Positions 1 to 8,278 of a stretch of 64,000 bases of DNA are shown here, piece after piece. The first letter of the stretch is position 1, and each line of letters opens with the position of its first letter. Made by a program: the position numbers and the translations under genes. The notes below the pieces were generated by a model. That model had not been told where the DNA came from. It searched no databases and was given only the letters and a program-made list of their open reading frames with translations. The stretch spans positions 279,881-343,880 of the forward strand of contig DATKVB010000014.1 of NCBI GenBank assembly GCA_035530295.1, in the 5' to 3' direction. The DNA comes from a bacterium (GTDB taxonomy: Bacteria; Spirochaetota; Spirochaetia; Treponematales; UBA12059).

Positions 1-1
1 C

Positions 2-826
2 GCGCCCGCGCAGGTGATAAGCGCGATCATGCTTGAGCTGGAGCGCCTTGCCAACCATGTGGGTGATCTAGGAGCCCTGTCCGGCGATGTCGGCTATCTG
101 CCCACGGCCAGCTTCTGCGGGCGCATACGCGGCGACTTCCTGAACATGACGGCCTTGCTCTGCGGCAACCGTTTCGGGCGCGGCATCGTGCTGCCGGGAG
201 GACTTGGCTTTGACATGGATGCCGCGCGCCAGAAAGAGCTGTTGCGTCGGCTTGCCGTATCGGAGAAGGAAACTACCATAGCCATCGACCTGCTCTGGGA
301 GACCCAGTCGGTTATGGCCAGGTTCGAGGGAACAGGCAAACTTCCCAAGGCCGTGGCCCAAGAGCTTGGCATGGTAGGCCCGGCTGCCCGTGCCTCCGGT
401 TTGTCCCGCGACGCCAGGTATTACCAGCCATCGGGCATATATCGATTGGCGCAGATTCCCGTCTCTACCTATGACACGGGCGATGTGTTTGCCCGCGCCT
501 ATGTGCGCTGGATGGAAGTTCAGCGATCGATCACCTTCATAAGGGAACAGGTGCAGAGTCTTCCTGCGGGTAGCCCCGTCGTGACAGGCGTTCCAGGCCA
601 GCTCGCAGCGGACAGCCTTGCGGTGAGCCTTGTTGAAGGCTGGCGCGGAGAGTTGTGCCACGTCGCTTTGACTGACGCCAATGGCCGGTTCTCGCGGTAC
701 AAGGTCGTCGATCCTTCGTTCCACAACTGGTTTGGCCTGGCGTACGCCATGCGCGATCAAGAGATATCCGATTTTCCGGTATGCAACAAGAGTTTCAACC
801 TATCGTATTGCGGGCACGATCTATAG
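2..826 (+). CDS. Group-4 [NiFe]-hydrogenase / NuoD-family large-subunit-like protein, C-terminal part (5' end outside window)
   Basis: Frame is open from the left edge. Translation (...VEGWRGELCHVALTD...VVDPSFHNWFGLAYAM...DFPVCNKSFNLSYCGHDL) resembles the C-terminal half of HycE/EchE/NuoD-type subunits. The next gene is the matching NuoB/HycG-type subunit. Confidence 0.8.
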   Translation, partial: APAQVISAIMLELERLANHVGDLGALSGDVGYLPTASFCGRIRGDFLNMTALLCGNRFGRGIVLPGGLGFDMDAARQKELLRRLAVSEKETTIAIDLLWETQSVMARFEGTGKLPKAVAQELGMVGPAARASGLSRDARYYQPSGIYRLAQIPVSTYDTGDVFARAYVRWMEVQRSITFIREQVQSLPAGSPVVTGVPGQLAADSLAVSLVEGWRGELCHVALTDANGRFSRYKVVDPSFHNWFGLAYAMRDQEISDFPVCNKSFNLSYCGHDL

Positions 827-870
827 CGCGTATGCCCGCATCGATACCGTAACAGGCGTGGAGGAACAGC

Positions 871-1668
871 GTGTTCAAAGCATTGTATGCCCGTATGCGG
901 CAAGGATACAGGACCATTCAATTTCCCAAGGGCAAACCGCCTGAATTGCCTGACCGTTTTCGTGGTCGCCCGGTCTTCCAGACCGGTAAGTGCAAGGCCG
1001 GATGCACCGTATGCGTCGACACCTGCCCAGTCGGTGCCATCAGCGGTGGCGACATGCTTTCCATAGACTTGGGCAAATGCCTCTTCTGTACCGATTGCGA
1101 GCGGGCTTGCCCGGAACATGCCATCAGTTTCCAGAATGATTATCGCCTGTCGGTCCGCTCGCGTGAAGACCTGATACTCTCTGACAAGGACACAACGATG
1201 AGCCTGGCTCAAGAGCTCGACGCCTCGATGAAGCGGTTGTTCGGGCGTTCATTGAAGCTCAGACAGGTCAGTGCCGGAGGCTGCAACGCCTGCGAGGCCG
1301 ATGTCAACGTGCTTGGCACCATTGGCTGGGATCTGGGCCGTTTTGGCATACAGTTTGTTGCCTCGCCCCGCCATGCCGATGGCCTCCTTATCACGGGACC
1401 GGTAACGGGGAACATGGAACTGGCGCTCAGGAAGGCTTATGACGCGGTGCCGGACCCCAAGATTGTCATCGTCGTGGGTGCTTGCGCCATTTCCGGGGGG
1501 CCATATAGCGGGCATCCGGAAGCCAACGATGGGGCGCTTTCCATGTTCCCTGTTGATCTGTTCATCCCTGGGTGCCCGCCACATCCGCTGACCATACTGG
1601 ATGGCCTTCTGCGCCTGCTTGGCAGGATAGACGATACGCGTCTTCAGCGTCTGCAATCAGGGAACTGA
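871..1668 (+). CDS. Fusion of a 2x[4Fe-4S] ferredoxin (HycF-like) with a NuoB/HycG-type hydrogenase small subunit
   Basis: GTG start 6 nt after GGAGG (860-864). Two ferredoxin Cys clusters (CKAGCTVCVDTCP, CLFCTDCERACP), then NuoB-type ligands GGCNACE, GACAISGG and IPGCPP. Confidence 0.85.
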   Translation: MFKALYARMRQGYRTIQFPKGKPPELPDRFRGRPVFQTGKCKAGCTVCVDTCPVGAISGGDMLSIDLGKCLFCTDCERACPEHAISFQNDYRLSVRSREDLILSDKDTTMSLAQELDASMKRLFGRSLKLRQVSAGGCNACEADVNVLGTIGWDLGRFGIQFVASPRHADGLLITGPVTGNMELALRKAYDAVPDPKIVIVVGACAISGGPYSGHPEANDGALSMFPVDLFIPGCPPHPLTILDGLLRLLGRIDDTRLQRLQSGN

Positions 1669-1702
1669 TGTCTGAAATTCAGCCGCGGCCTTGATAATCC
1701 GC

Positions 1703-1731
1703 TTGAAACGCCGGGCATTGTGGTACATACT
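1703..1731 (+). promoter_or_regulatory. Candidate sigma70-type promoter of the mgtA leader (TTGAAA-N17-CATACT)
   Basis: TTGAAA at 1703-1708 and CATACT at 1726-1731, upstream of the uORF and mgtA. Sequence match only. Confidence 0.35.
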
Positions 1732-1782
1732 GAGTACGAAGCCGCGTGGCGGTTCTGATTACCGGTGAAAGGGGGGAATGTC

Positions 1783-1914
1783 ATGGATAATCCTGACGGA
1801 AGTCATAGTTGTATAACCACCAATGATGATGATCAGCGTACTGAGCCAGAAGATCCATTTCCAGAACCCAGAACCCTTGTAGCCGGTGACGAATCAGGCA
1901 GGCGCAACACCTGA
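1783..1914 (+). CDS. Candidate 43-codon leader peptide (uORF) upstream of mgtA
   Basis: ATG 1783 sits 6 nt after AGGGGGG (1770-1776). Translation is MDNPDGSHSCITTNDDDQRTEPEDPFPEPRTLVAGDESGRRNT. It is too short for the supplied ORF track and has no homology support. Confidence 0.35.
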   Translation: MDNPDGSHSCITTNDDDQRTEPEDPFPEPRTLVAGDESGRRNT

Positions 1915-1928
1915 ATTCTGCCCACCAT

Positions 1929-1968
1929 TCACCTCTGGCTTGCGGGTTCGCGGCATTGCACGAGGTGA
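1929..1968 (+). promoter_or_regulatory. Predicted SD-sequestering hairpin in the mgtA leader
   Basis: TCACCTC (1929-1935) is a perfect complement of the mgtA Shine-Dalgarno GAGGTGA (1962-1968), with a 26-nt loop. The mgtA ATG is at 1972. Confidence 0.45.
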
Positions 1969-1971
1969 GTC

Positions 1972-4647
1972 ATGCCCCTGTTCCCCTGGGTAAAGTCAGC
2001 GCATCGCAAAAACGCCTCCATAGCTGAAGCCAAGCCATTCGTCAACGCGCGGGCGGCTTCCAGCGTCGATGAGAAGCGTCTTGTCGAATTCTGCACATGT
2101 CCGGTCGCCGACATGTACACCAGAATTGAATCGAAACCACTGGGCCTCGATGAGAAGGAAGCGGACAAGCGCCTGTCTTCCTTTGGCCCCAACGAATTCT
2201 CTAAAGCCATGCACAAGAGCCTGGCCGCGGACCTGTTCGAGCGCTTCAGGAGTCCCTTGGTTCTGCAGTTGCTGATAATCGCGACGGTCTCGGCGCTGAT
2301 GGGGCAGACGGTTTCATCAGTCATCGTCGGCTCCATGATTCTCCTCAGCGTTGGCCTGTCCTTCATCCTTGACCAGCGGTCAAACCACGAGGTCGAGGCA
2401 CTGGGCAAGCGGGTTCAGTCCCGTTCCTATGTGTTGCGCGACGGCGTCGAGACCGAGATCAAGATGGCCGAGCTTGTGCCTGGCGACGTTGTCGTGCTGC
2501 AGGCTGGCTCAATCGTGCCCGCCGATGTCAGGCTGATTTTTGCCAAGGACTTCTTTGTGAGCGAATCGGCATTGACTGGCGAGTCCATGCCGGTCGAGAA
2601 GACAGCGGCGGTCGATACGGCGCCTCGCCAGTCGGCTCTGGCCCTGACCAACGCGTGCTTCATGGGCACCAGCGTGACCAGCGGCACAGCGCGCGCCGTC
2701 GTCATCAATACCGGCACGCGGACACTGTTCGGCGCCGTCTCAAAAAAGCTCAGCGAGAAGCGCGCCGAGACAAGCTTTGACAAGGGCATCCGCGCCTTCA
2801 CCTGGCTTATGATCCGGTTCATGCTGGTGCTCGTCAGCGCGGTGTTCCTGATTGTCGGCCTGACCAAGGGCCAGTGGCTCGAGGCCCTGCTGTTTGCCCT
2901 GTCGGTGGCGGTTGGCCTGACCCCCGAGATGCTGCCGATGATCGTGACGGTCAACCTCGCCAAGGGCGCGCTCGCGATGGCCGGCAAGAAGGTCATAGTC
3001 AAGAAACTGCCATCGATCCAGAACCTTGGCGCCATCAATATTCTGTGTACCGACAAGACTGGCACCCTGACCCAGGACCGGGTCGTGCTCGAACACCATG
3101 TGGACATCATAGGCAACAAGAGTGACGAGGTCCTGAACTACGCATATCTCAATAGCTATTTCCAGACGGGACTCAAGAACCTGCTCGATCGCGCGGTCAT
3201 AGAGCATGTCGATCTGAACGTGGACGAATGCAGGCTGGTCGATGAGCTACCGTTCGATTTTCAGCGCCGCCGCATGTCGGTCGTCGTCGAATACGAGGGC
3301 GACAATGTCCTGATATGCAAGGGCGCTGTAGAGGAAATATACAGCTGCTGCACCCATTACCAGATCGACGAGGAGATATACCCGCTTATAGACATGATAC
3401 GGGCCGACCTCTTTGAAGAAGTAGAGAAGCTTAATCGGGAGGGCTTCAGGGTCCTCGGCATAGCGTACCGGGAATTTGCCAAATCCAGGAGTGTCTTCAC
3501 GGTCGAGGACGAGAGCCAGCTCGTGCTGCTGGGATACATAGCGTTCATGGACCCTCCCAAGGAATCGGCGCTCGAAGCAATACGGCTCCTGGGCAACGCC
3601 GGTGTCCAAGTCAAGGTTCTGACCGGCGACAATGGCCTCGTCACCGAGAAGGTGTGCAGGGATGTAGGCATCGAGTTCAAGAGGTCGATGACCGGAGCCG
3701 AACTGGCGGCGCTGGAACCAGCGCAATTCTCCGAGCGGGTGCGCTCATGCGATGTCTTCGTCAAGCTTTCTCCGGGGCAGAAGCAGGATATTGTCAGGGA
3801 ATTGCGATCGCAGGGCAATGTCGTCGGGTATATGGGCGACGGCATCAACGACGCGATGGCCCTGAAGGCTGCCGATGTCGGCATATCGGTGGATTCAGCC
3901 GTCGATGTGGCCAAGGAAGCGGCCGATATCGTGTTGCTGGAGAAGAGCCTCCTGGTGCTGGAAGAAGGCATCATGGAAGGGCGCAAGATATTCGCCAACA
4001 TCATCAAGTACATCCGCATGGGCGCAAGCTCCAATTTTGGCAACATGTTCAGCGTGCTTGGCGCCAGCTACCTGTTGCCGTTCCTGCCGATGCAACCGCT
4101 GCAGATCCTGACCAACAACCTGTTGTATGACTTTTCACAGACAGGCATCCCGATGGATAACGTCGATCAGGATCAGATAGCCAAGCCAGTACAATGGGAC
4201 ATATCGAACATCAAGCGCTTCATGATATTCGTTGGCCCGATGAGTTCGATATTCGACTACGCGACGTTTGCCTTGATGTGGTTCTTCTTCAAGGTCAGCG
4301 CATCGACAGACCCCGCGCTCTCTGTCATGCACAGGGAAGGTTTGGTGCGGCTGTTCCAGACTGGCTGGTTCGTCGAATCGTTGCTGACCCAGACCCTTAT
4401 AGTCCACATCATCAGGACGAGGAAGATACCGTTCTTCCAGAGCCACGCATCAGCGCCCATGACGCTGACCACGCTAGCCGTCATGTGCCTGGGCATCTGG
4501 TTGCCATACTCGCCGCTCGCCTCATCGCTTGGCCTCGTGGCGCTTCCGCCGGTGTACTGGCTGTGGATCGCGGGATTCCTGTTTACGTACGCAACGCTGA
4601 CCCACAAGGTCAAGCGCTGGTTCCTCAAACGATTTGAAGGAGTCTGA
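1972..4647 (+). CDS. mgtA: Mg2+-importing P-type ATPase (MgtA/MgtB family)
   Basis: 891 aa with P-type motifs TGES, ICTDKTGTLT and MGDGINDAMALKAADVGISV, and 10-TM-like hydrophobic segments. SD GAGG lies 6 nt upstream of the ATG. Confidence 0.95.
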   Translation: MPLFPWVKSAHRKNASIAEAKPFVNARAASSVDEKRLVEFCTCPVADMYTRIESKPLGLDEKEADKRLSSFGPNEFSKAMHKSLAADLFERFRSPLVLQLLIIATVSALMGQTVSSVIVGSMILLSVGLSFILDQRSNHEVEALGKRVQSRSYVLRDGVETEIKMAELVPGDVVVLQAGSIVPADVRLIFAKDFFVSESALTGESMPVEKTAAVDTAPRQSALALTNACFMGTSVTSGTARAVVINTGTRTLFGAVSKKLSEKRAETSFDKGIRAFTWLMIRFMLVLVSAVFLIVGLTKGQWLEALLFALSVAVGLTPEMLPMIVTVNLAKGALAMAGKKVIVKKLPSIQNLGAINILCTDKTGTLTQDRVVLEHHVDIIGNKSDEVLNYAYLNSYFQTGLKNLLDRAVIEHVDLNVDECRLVDELPFDFQRRRMSVVVEYEGDNVLICKGAVEEIYSCCTHYQIDEEIYPLIDMIRADLFEEVEKLNREGFRVLGIAYREFAKSRSVFTVEDESQLVLLGYIAFMDPPKESALEAIRLLGNAGVQVKVLTGDNGLVTEKVCRDVGIEFKRSMTGAELAALEPAQFSERVRSCDVFVKLSPGQKQDIVRELRSQGNVVGYMGDGINDAMALKAADVGISVDSAVDVAKEAADIVLLEKSLLVLEEGIMEGRKIFANIIKYIRMGASSNFGNMFSVLGASYLLPFLPMQPLQILTNNLLYDFSQTGIPMDNVDQDQIAKPVQWDISNIKRFMIFVGPMSSIFDYATFALMWFFFKVSASTDPALSVMHREGLVRLFQTGWFVESLLTQTLIVHIIRTRKIPFFQSHASAPMTLTTLAVMCLGIWLPYSPLASSLGLVALPPVYWLWIAGFLFTYATLTHKVKRWFLKRFEGV

Positions 4648-4649
4648 CC

Positions 4650-5435
4650 ATGGATACCATACTTGACGCGCTGCAGGAAGGCCGGCTCTTCGAGTTGCCA
4701 GAGAATGACAAGAGCCACGCTCTGCAATTTCTGGCACACATCATAGAGGCATTTCCGCAGATACCAACCGGAACCGATGTAGTCGGCAATGTGGTGGCCC
4801 GCGAGGAGGCCACCAACACCGCACTTGGCAAGGGCTGGGCTTGCCCGCATGCCAGGGTGGATTTCGAGGAAGACCTGATGTGCGTCGTTGGCTGGAGCCC
4901 GACCGGCATTCAGTATGGGGCGCCGGACGGCCTTCCAATATCGATCATCGCGATGTACCTGGTACCTTCAAACCAGCGCAACCATTACCTGCGTGAAATC
5001 TCGGTAATGGCCAAGGTCCTGAAGTCGTCGCCCGCCATCGAGAAACTATCCTCGATACGCGAGCTGAACGACGTGCGAAACTACCTGCTCGACCTGATTG
5101 CCGCAAGCAAGGAGACGGTCGGGCCTGACGCGCGCGCCAGAATGATACGGCTACAGGCCAAGTCGGCGATGGCGACCCAGCCGGTCAGTGACCTCTCGCA
5201 CCTGATCATTGAGCCGGTGTCGATAGTGGCGGGCCCAGGCCTCAAGACGCTGGCGCTGACCCAGAACCAGGAGCTACTGACGATGATAGAAGGCGCGGCC
5301 AATGTTCCGGAGCGGCTCGAGGCCGATGGCGCCATACAGAATGGGGTCTGGCGCATCGTCCGTCGCGGCTCCGTCACGTACCAGGGCGGCCGCATGGTCT
5401 ATGACTGTCTGGCGCTGATGGCCAGCAAGTCATAA
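4650..5435 (+). CDS. PTS EIIA type-2 (PtsN/EIIA-Ntr-like) domain protein with unassigned C-terminal domain
   Basis: ATG is 2 nt after the mgtA stop, with GAAGGAG (4636-4642) inside the mgtA 3' end. The N-terminal ~140 aa look EIIA-2-like, including GKGWACPHARV at the usual phospho-His position. The last ~120 aa are unassigned. Confidence 0.7.
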   Translation: MDTILDALQEGRLFELPENDKSHALQFLAHIIEAFPQIPTGTDVVGNVVAREEATNTALGKGWACPHARVDFEEDLMCVVGWSPTGIQYGAPDGLPISIIAMYLVPSNQRNHYLREISVMAKVLKSSPAIEKLSSIRELNDVRNYLLDLIAASKETVGPDARARMIRLQAKSAMATQPVSDLSHLIIEPVSIVAGPGLKTLALTQNQELLTMIEGAANVPERLEADGAIQNGVWRIVRRGSVTYQGGRMVYDCLALMASKS

Positions 5436-5471
5436 CAACCGTGCGCTGATGCCGCGGCCGCCCGCCCGTCT

Positions 5472-6899
5472 CTAGATGTGGATGGCCTTGCCGAGCCCTG
5501 CCTTGGCGGCCTCCATGATCCCTTCAGACAACGTGGGGTGGGCGTGGATCATCTCGGCGACATCATCGAGCGTCAGTTCGGCGCGTGAGGCCAGCAACAG
5601 CTCGTGGATGGTATCGGTGGCGCCAATGCCGACGATCGCCGCTCCGAGTATCGCGCCGCTCTCAGGCGAAAACACTATCTTGACCTGACCATCCGGCGCC
5701 TCGGTCGCCACTGCCTTGCCGATGCCGCGGTACGGGAATCGCGCCACCTCATGCGTGACAGCCAGTTCCTTGGCCTTCTTCTCCGACAAGCCAAAGGAGG
5801 CGACTTCAGGCTCGCAATACACGGCGCTCGGTATCGTATTCGGGTTGATGCGCGATTCTTCCGCTTCGGGGCTGCCCTTGAGCAGGTGGGCCACATGCTC
5901 GGCGACTATCTCGCCGGCCTTTGAGGCGACATGGGCCAGCTGGGGTTGAATCGTTATGTCCCCGATCGCGTAGACGCCAGCCGCCGCGGTCTCGTAGTAG
6001 TCGCCAGTCTCGATGTAGCCGCGATTCAGTTTGACGCCGAGGGTCTCGAGCCCGATGTTCTCTGTGTTCGGAGCCCTGCCTATCGATACCAGTACCTGTT
6101 CGGCCTCGATGACTGAGGCGGTGCCATCCTTGAGCTGGACATGAACGGCGCAGCCCGACTTAGTTTTCTCGACTTTCTCCGCCTTGGCCGCGGTATGGAT
6201 GGTGACTCCACGCGAGCCGAACGATTTCTCGACGACCTTGGCTGTCTCTTCATCTTCGAGTGGCAGCACCTGGGACAGGAGCTCGACGACGGTAACAGCG
6301 ACCCCGAAGGATGAGAGCACAAAGGCGAATTCCATGCCTATGGCTCCGGCTCCCAGTATCACAATCGACTTTGGCAGGTGATTGGACATCAACAGTCCCG
6401 TCGAGGATAGAATCGACGTTTCGTCGACGGCAAAGCCGGGTATCGAGCGCGGACGCGATCCTGTCGCGATGACTATGGCTCGCCCATGGAGCGTCTCGGT
6501 GGAGGTTCCGGTATCGACGACTATGGTTCTGGGATCGAGTAGCGTGCCGGTGCCGTGCATGTATTCAACCTTGTTCTTCTTGAGGAGGTATTGCACCCCT
6601 TTGGAGAGGCGGTCAGCGGCAAGTCGCGATGCCTTCCATACCTTGTCGTAGTCAAAGCCGGACAAGTCGAACGTGGCGCCGGTTTTCTTGAGGAGGGCGG
6701 TCCCGTCATGGAATACACTGGCCTGATGGATCAGCGCTTTTGACGGAATGCAACCGATATTCAGGCAGACGCCTCCAGGCAGATCCTTCTCAACGATGGC
6801 CACGCTCAGTCCCAACTGGGACGCCCTGATGGCCGCGACATAACCGCCCGGTCCTGCTCCAAGAATAACCATATCAAAAGTGCGCTCATCCATCGTCAT
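5472..6899 (-). CDS. lpdA: Dihydrolipoyl dehydrogenase (E3)
   Basis: GAGPGGYVAAIRA FAD fold, redox disulfide CLNIGCIPSK and C-terminal HAHPTLSE. The long ORF (to 7061) was trimmed to ATG 6899 (or 6893), which follows AAGGAG. Confidence 0.92.
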   Translation of the reverse strand: MTMDERTFDMVILGAGPGGYVAAIRASQLGLSVAIVEKDLPGGVCLNIGCIPSKALIHQASVFHDGTALLKKTGATFDLSGFDYDKVWKASRLAADRLSKGVQYLLKKNKVEYMHGTGTLLDPRTIVVDTGTSTETLHGRAIVIATGSRPRSIPGFAVDETSILSSTGLLMSNHLPKSIVILGAGAIGMEFAFVLSSFGVAVTVVELLSQVLPLEDEETAKVVEKSFGSRGVTIHTAAKAEKVEKTKSGCAVHVQLKDGTASVIEAEQVLVSIGRAPNTENIGLETLGVKLNRGYIETGDYYETAAAGVYAIGDITIQPQLAHVASKAGEIVAEHVAHLLKGSPEAEESRINPNTIPSAVYCEPEVASFGLSEKKAKELAVTHEVARFPYRGIGKAVATEAPDGQVKIVFSPESGAILGAAIVGIGATDTIHELLLASRAELTLDDVAEMIHAHPTLSEGIMEAAKAGLGKAIHI

Positions 6900-6975
6900 G
6901 GCTCCTTCAGTAAGATGCATAACCGTTCCAGGCCTGATTGTGGCGACGTGAACGGCGCTTGTTGCAGTATACCGA

Positions 6976-7890
6976 TTACTCTTCGTTTGTCCCACTCTCA
7001 ATGGCCGACAGGATTCGCAGCAACGTATCCACCAGCCCGGCCGAGTAGCGAGCCCCGGCAAGCACTGCCGCGGCGGTCGCCTCCGGGACGACGTCGATAC
7101 TCTGCACGAGGCCCGCGCCTACAGCGATTCGTGCCGTATGGCGCTCAGTCCGCACCGTATGCGAGAATGGCGGCGTTGACCCGTAGACCCAGTCGTACGA
7201 TTCCAGCCTCTGCATTTCGGTCTCCAGCAGCTGTTGCGGTATCATCGCCGCGGGAAACGAAAGCGGCCGCGCGCCAGCCACGTGCCGGCATATATCGCCG
7301 ACCACCGAATCGATTGAAACGCCGGGCTGTATGTCGGCCAGGTTGATGACACGCGCAGGCACCGAGGCAACCGCGTTGTCATCGATGCCGCTTGCGCCTC
7401 CAAGGCAGGCATCCATGTCGGCCAAATTCATCGATACAAGCAGCGTTCCGTGGTGCAGAACCAGTTTCGATCCGATGCGGCGGGCCGTGCCAGATACCTT
7501 TGAGCCGGCATGGCCGGTGGAAGCGGCGCAGTACAGGCCGCCACGCTCCCCGGGCACTACCGGCACGCCGCAGCTGGAAATTGCTTCGGCCATCATCGCG
7601 AGTTCGGCATCGTGATCGTGAGCGGTGCGTGGCACAATCAGTGACCAGTTCAGGTTGCCGGCATCATGGAAAACCGTGCCGCCGCCGGAGATGCGGCGGA
7701 ACACTGGCGCCGTGCAACCGGAAGCCACTTCGCGCCATGGATTCTGGTTCCTGCCCACGATGACCGACCGATCGTTGACGTACAGAAGCAGTATGGGGTC
7801 GAAGTCAGCATCCGCCTCGAGCAACAGCGTTTCTATCGCCAGGTGCCGCGCGGCAGACAGGTCCGACAGCATATACGGGGTGAAGCACAT
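6976..7890 (-). CDS. Lipoate-protein ligase A-like (BPL/LplA catalytic domain)
   Basis: Motifs VIVGRNQNPWREV and RRISGGGTVFHDAGNLNWSLIV. The start lies 2 nt after the arsR-family stop. Confidence 0.85.
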   Translation of the reverse strand: MCFTPYMLSDLSAARHLAIETLLLEADADFDPILLLYVNDRSVIVGRNQNPWREVASGCTAPVFRRISGGGTVFHDAGNLNWSLIVPRTAHDHDAELAMMAEAISSCGVPVVPGERGGLYCAASTGHAGSKVSGTARRIGSKLVLHHGTLLVSMNLADMDACLGGASGIDDNAVASVPARVINLADIQPGVSIDSVVGDICRHVAGARPLSFPAAMIPQQLLETEMQRLESYDWVYGSTPPFSHTVRTERHTARIAVGAGLVQSIDVVPEATAAAVLAGARYSAGLVDTLLRILSAIESGTNEE

Positions 7891-7892
7891 GA

Positions 7893-8216
7893 TCAGCCAT
7901 CGATAGCATCGAGCTGTTTTCGTCTGGCCATGAGTATGGTCTGTTCAGCGCAGTTGGCCGTCTCAAGGACGCACGCGGCCACGAGCCTGTATTCGACCAG
8001 CGTTCCGCGTTTCGAGTCTTCTATCAAGCCGACGCTCTTGAGCTGGCTCAGGTGCTTTGACGCTACCGACTTGTCCAGGCCGATCTCCGCAGCCAGCTCG
8101 CAGACGCAACGCGGACGCTCCTTGAGCTTCTCGAGCATCAGTATGCGCATGGGGTGGGCGAGTGCCTTGAATATGTCGGCGCGGAACTGCAGACGCTTGC
8201 GTGTTCGTTCGTCCAT
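7893..8216 (-). CDS. ArsR/SmtB-family transcriptional regulator
   Basis: 107 aa with winged HTH ALAHPMRILMLEKL...CVCELAAEIGLDKSVASKHLSQLKSVGLI. Confidence 0.9.
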   Translation of the reverse strand: MDERTRKRLQFRADIFKALAHPMRILMLEKLKERPRCVCELAAEIGLDKSVASKHLSQLKSVGLIEDSKRGTLVEYRLVAACVLETANCAEQTILMARRKQLDAIDG

Positions 8217-8278
8217 GCTTCAATGTTGCAATGTTTAGAAACAATTGTCAAGAATTGTGCGGATGGATAGGCCATCTT

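Noticed and set aside
1741-1905. Hydrophobic minus-strand reading frame (…GSGFWKWIFWLSTLIIIIGGYTT…) in the mgtA leader, considered as a small membrane regulator like MgtS/MgtR
   Set aside because: The frame opens right after a TGA. It has no ATG/GTG/TTG start before the hydrophobic segment; the only ATG is near its end.
1669-1971. Known Mg2+ riboswitch (M-box) upstream of mgtA
   Set aside because: I could not recognise M-box conserved segments by eye. This is not a formal exclusion; a covariance-model scan is needed.
6900-7061. Long N-terminal extensions of several track ORFs (lpdA to 7061, TPR gene to 36285, nlpD-like to 39485, eamA to 23510, mrp to 9975)
   Set aside because: The extensions overlap neighbouring genes or intergenic promoters, have non-protein-like sequence, and are followed by internal starts with proper SD sequences and family-typical N-termini.
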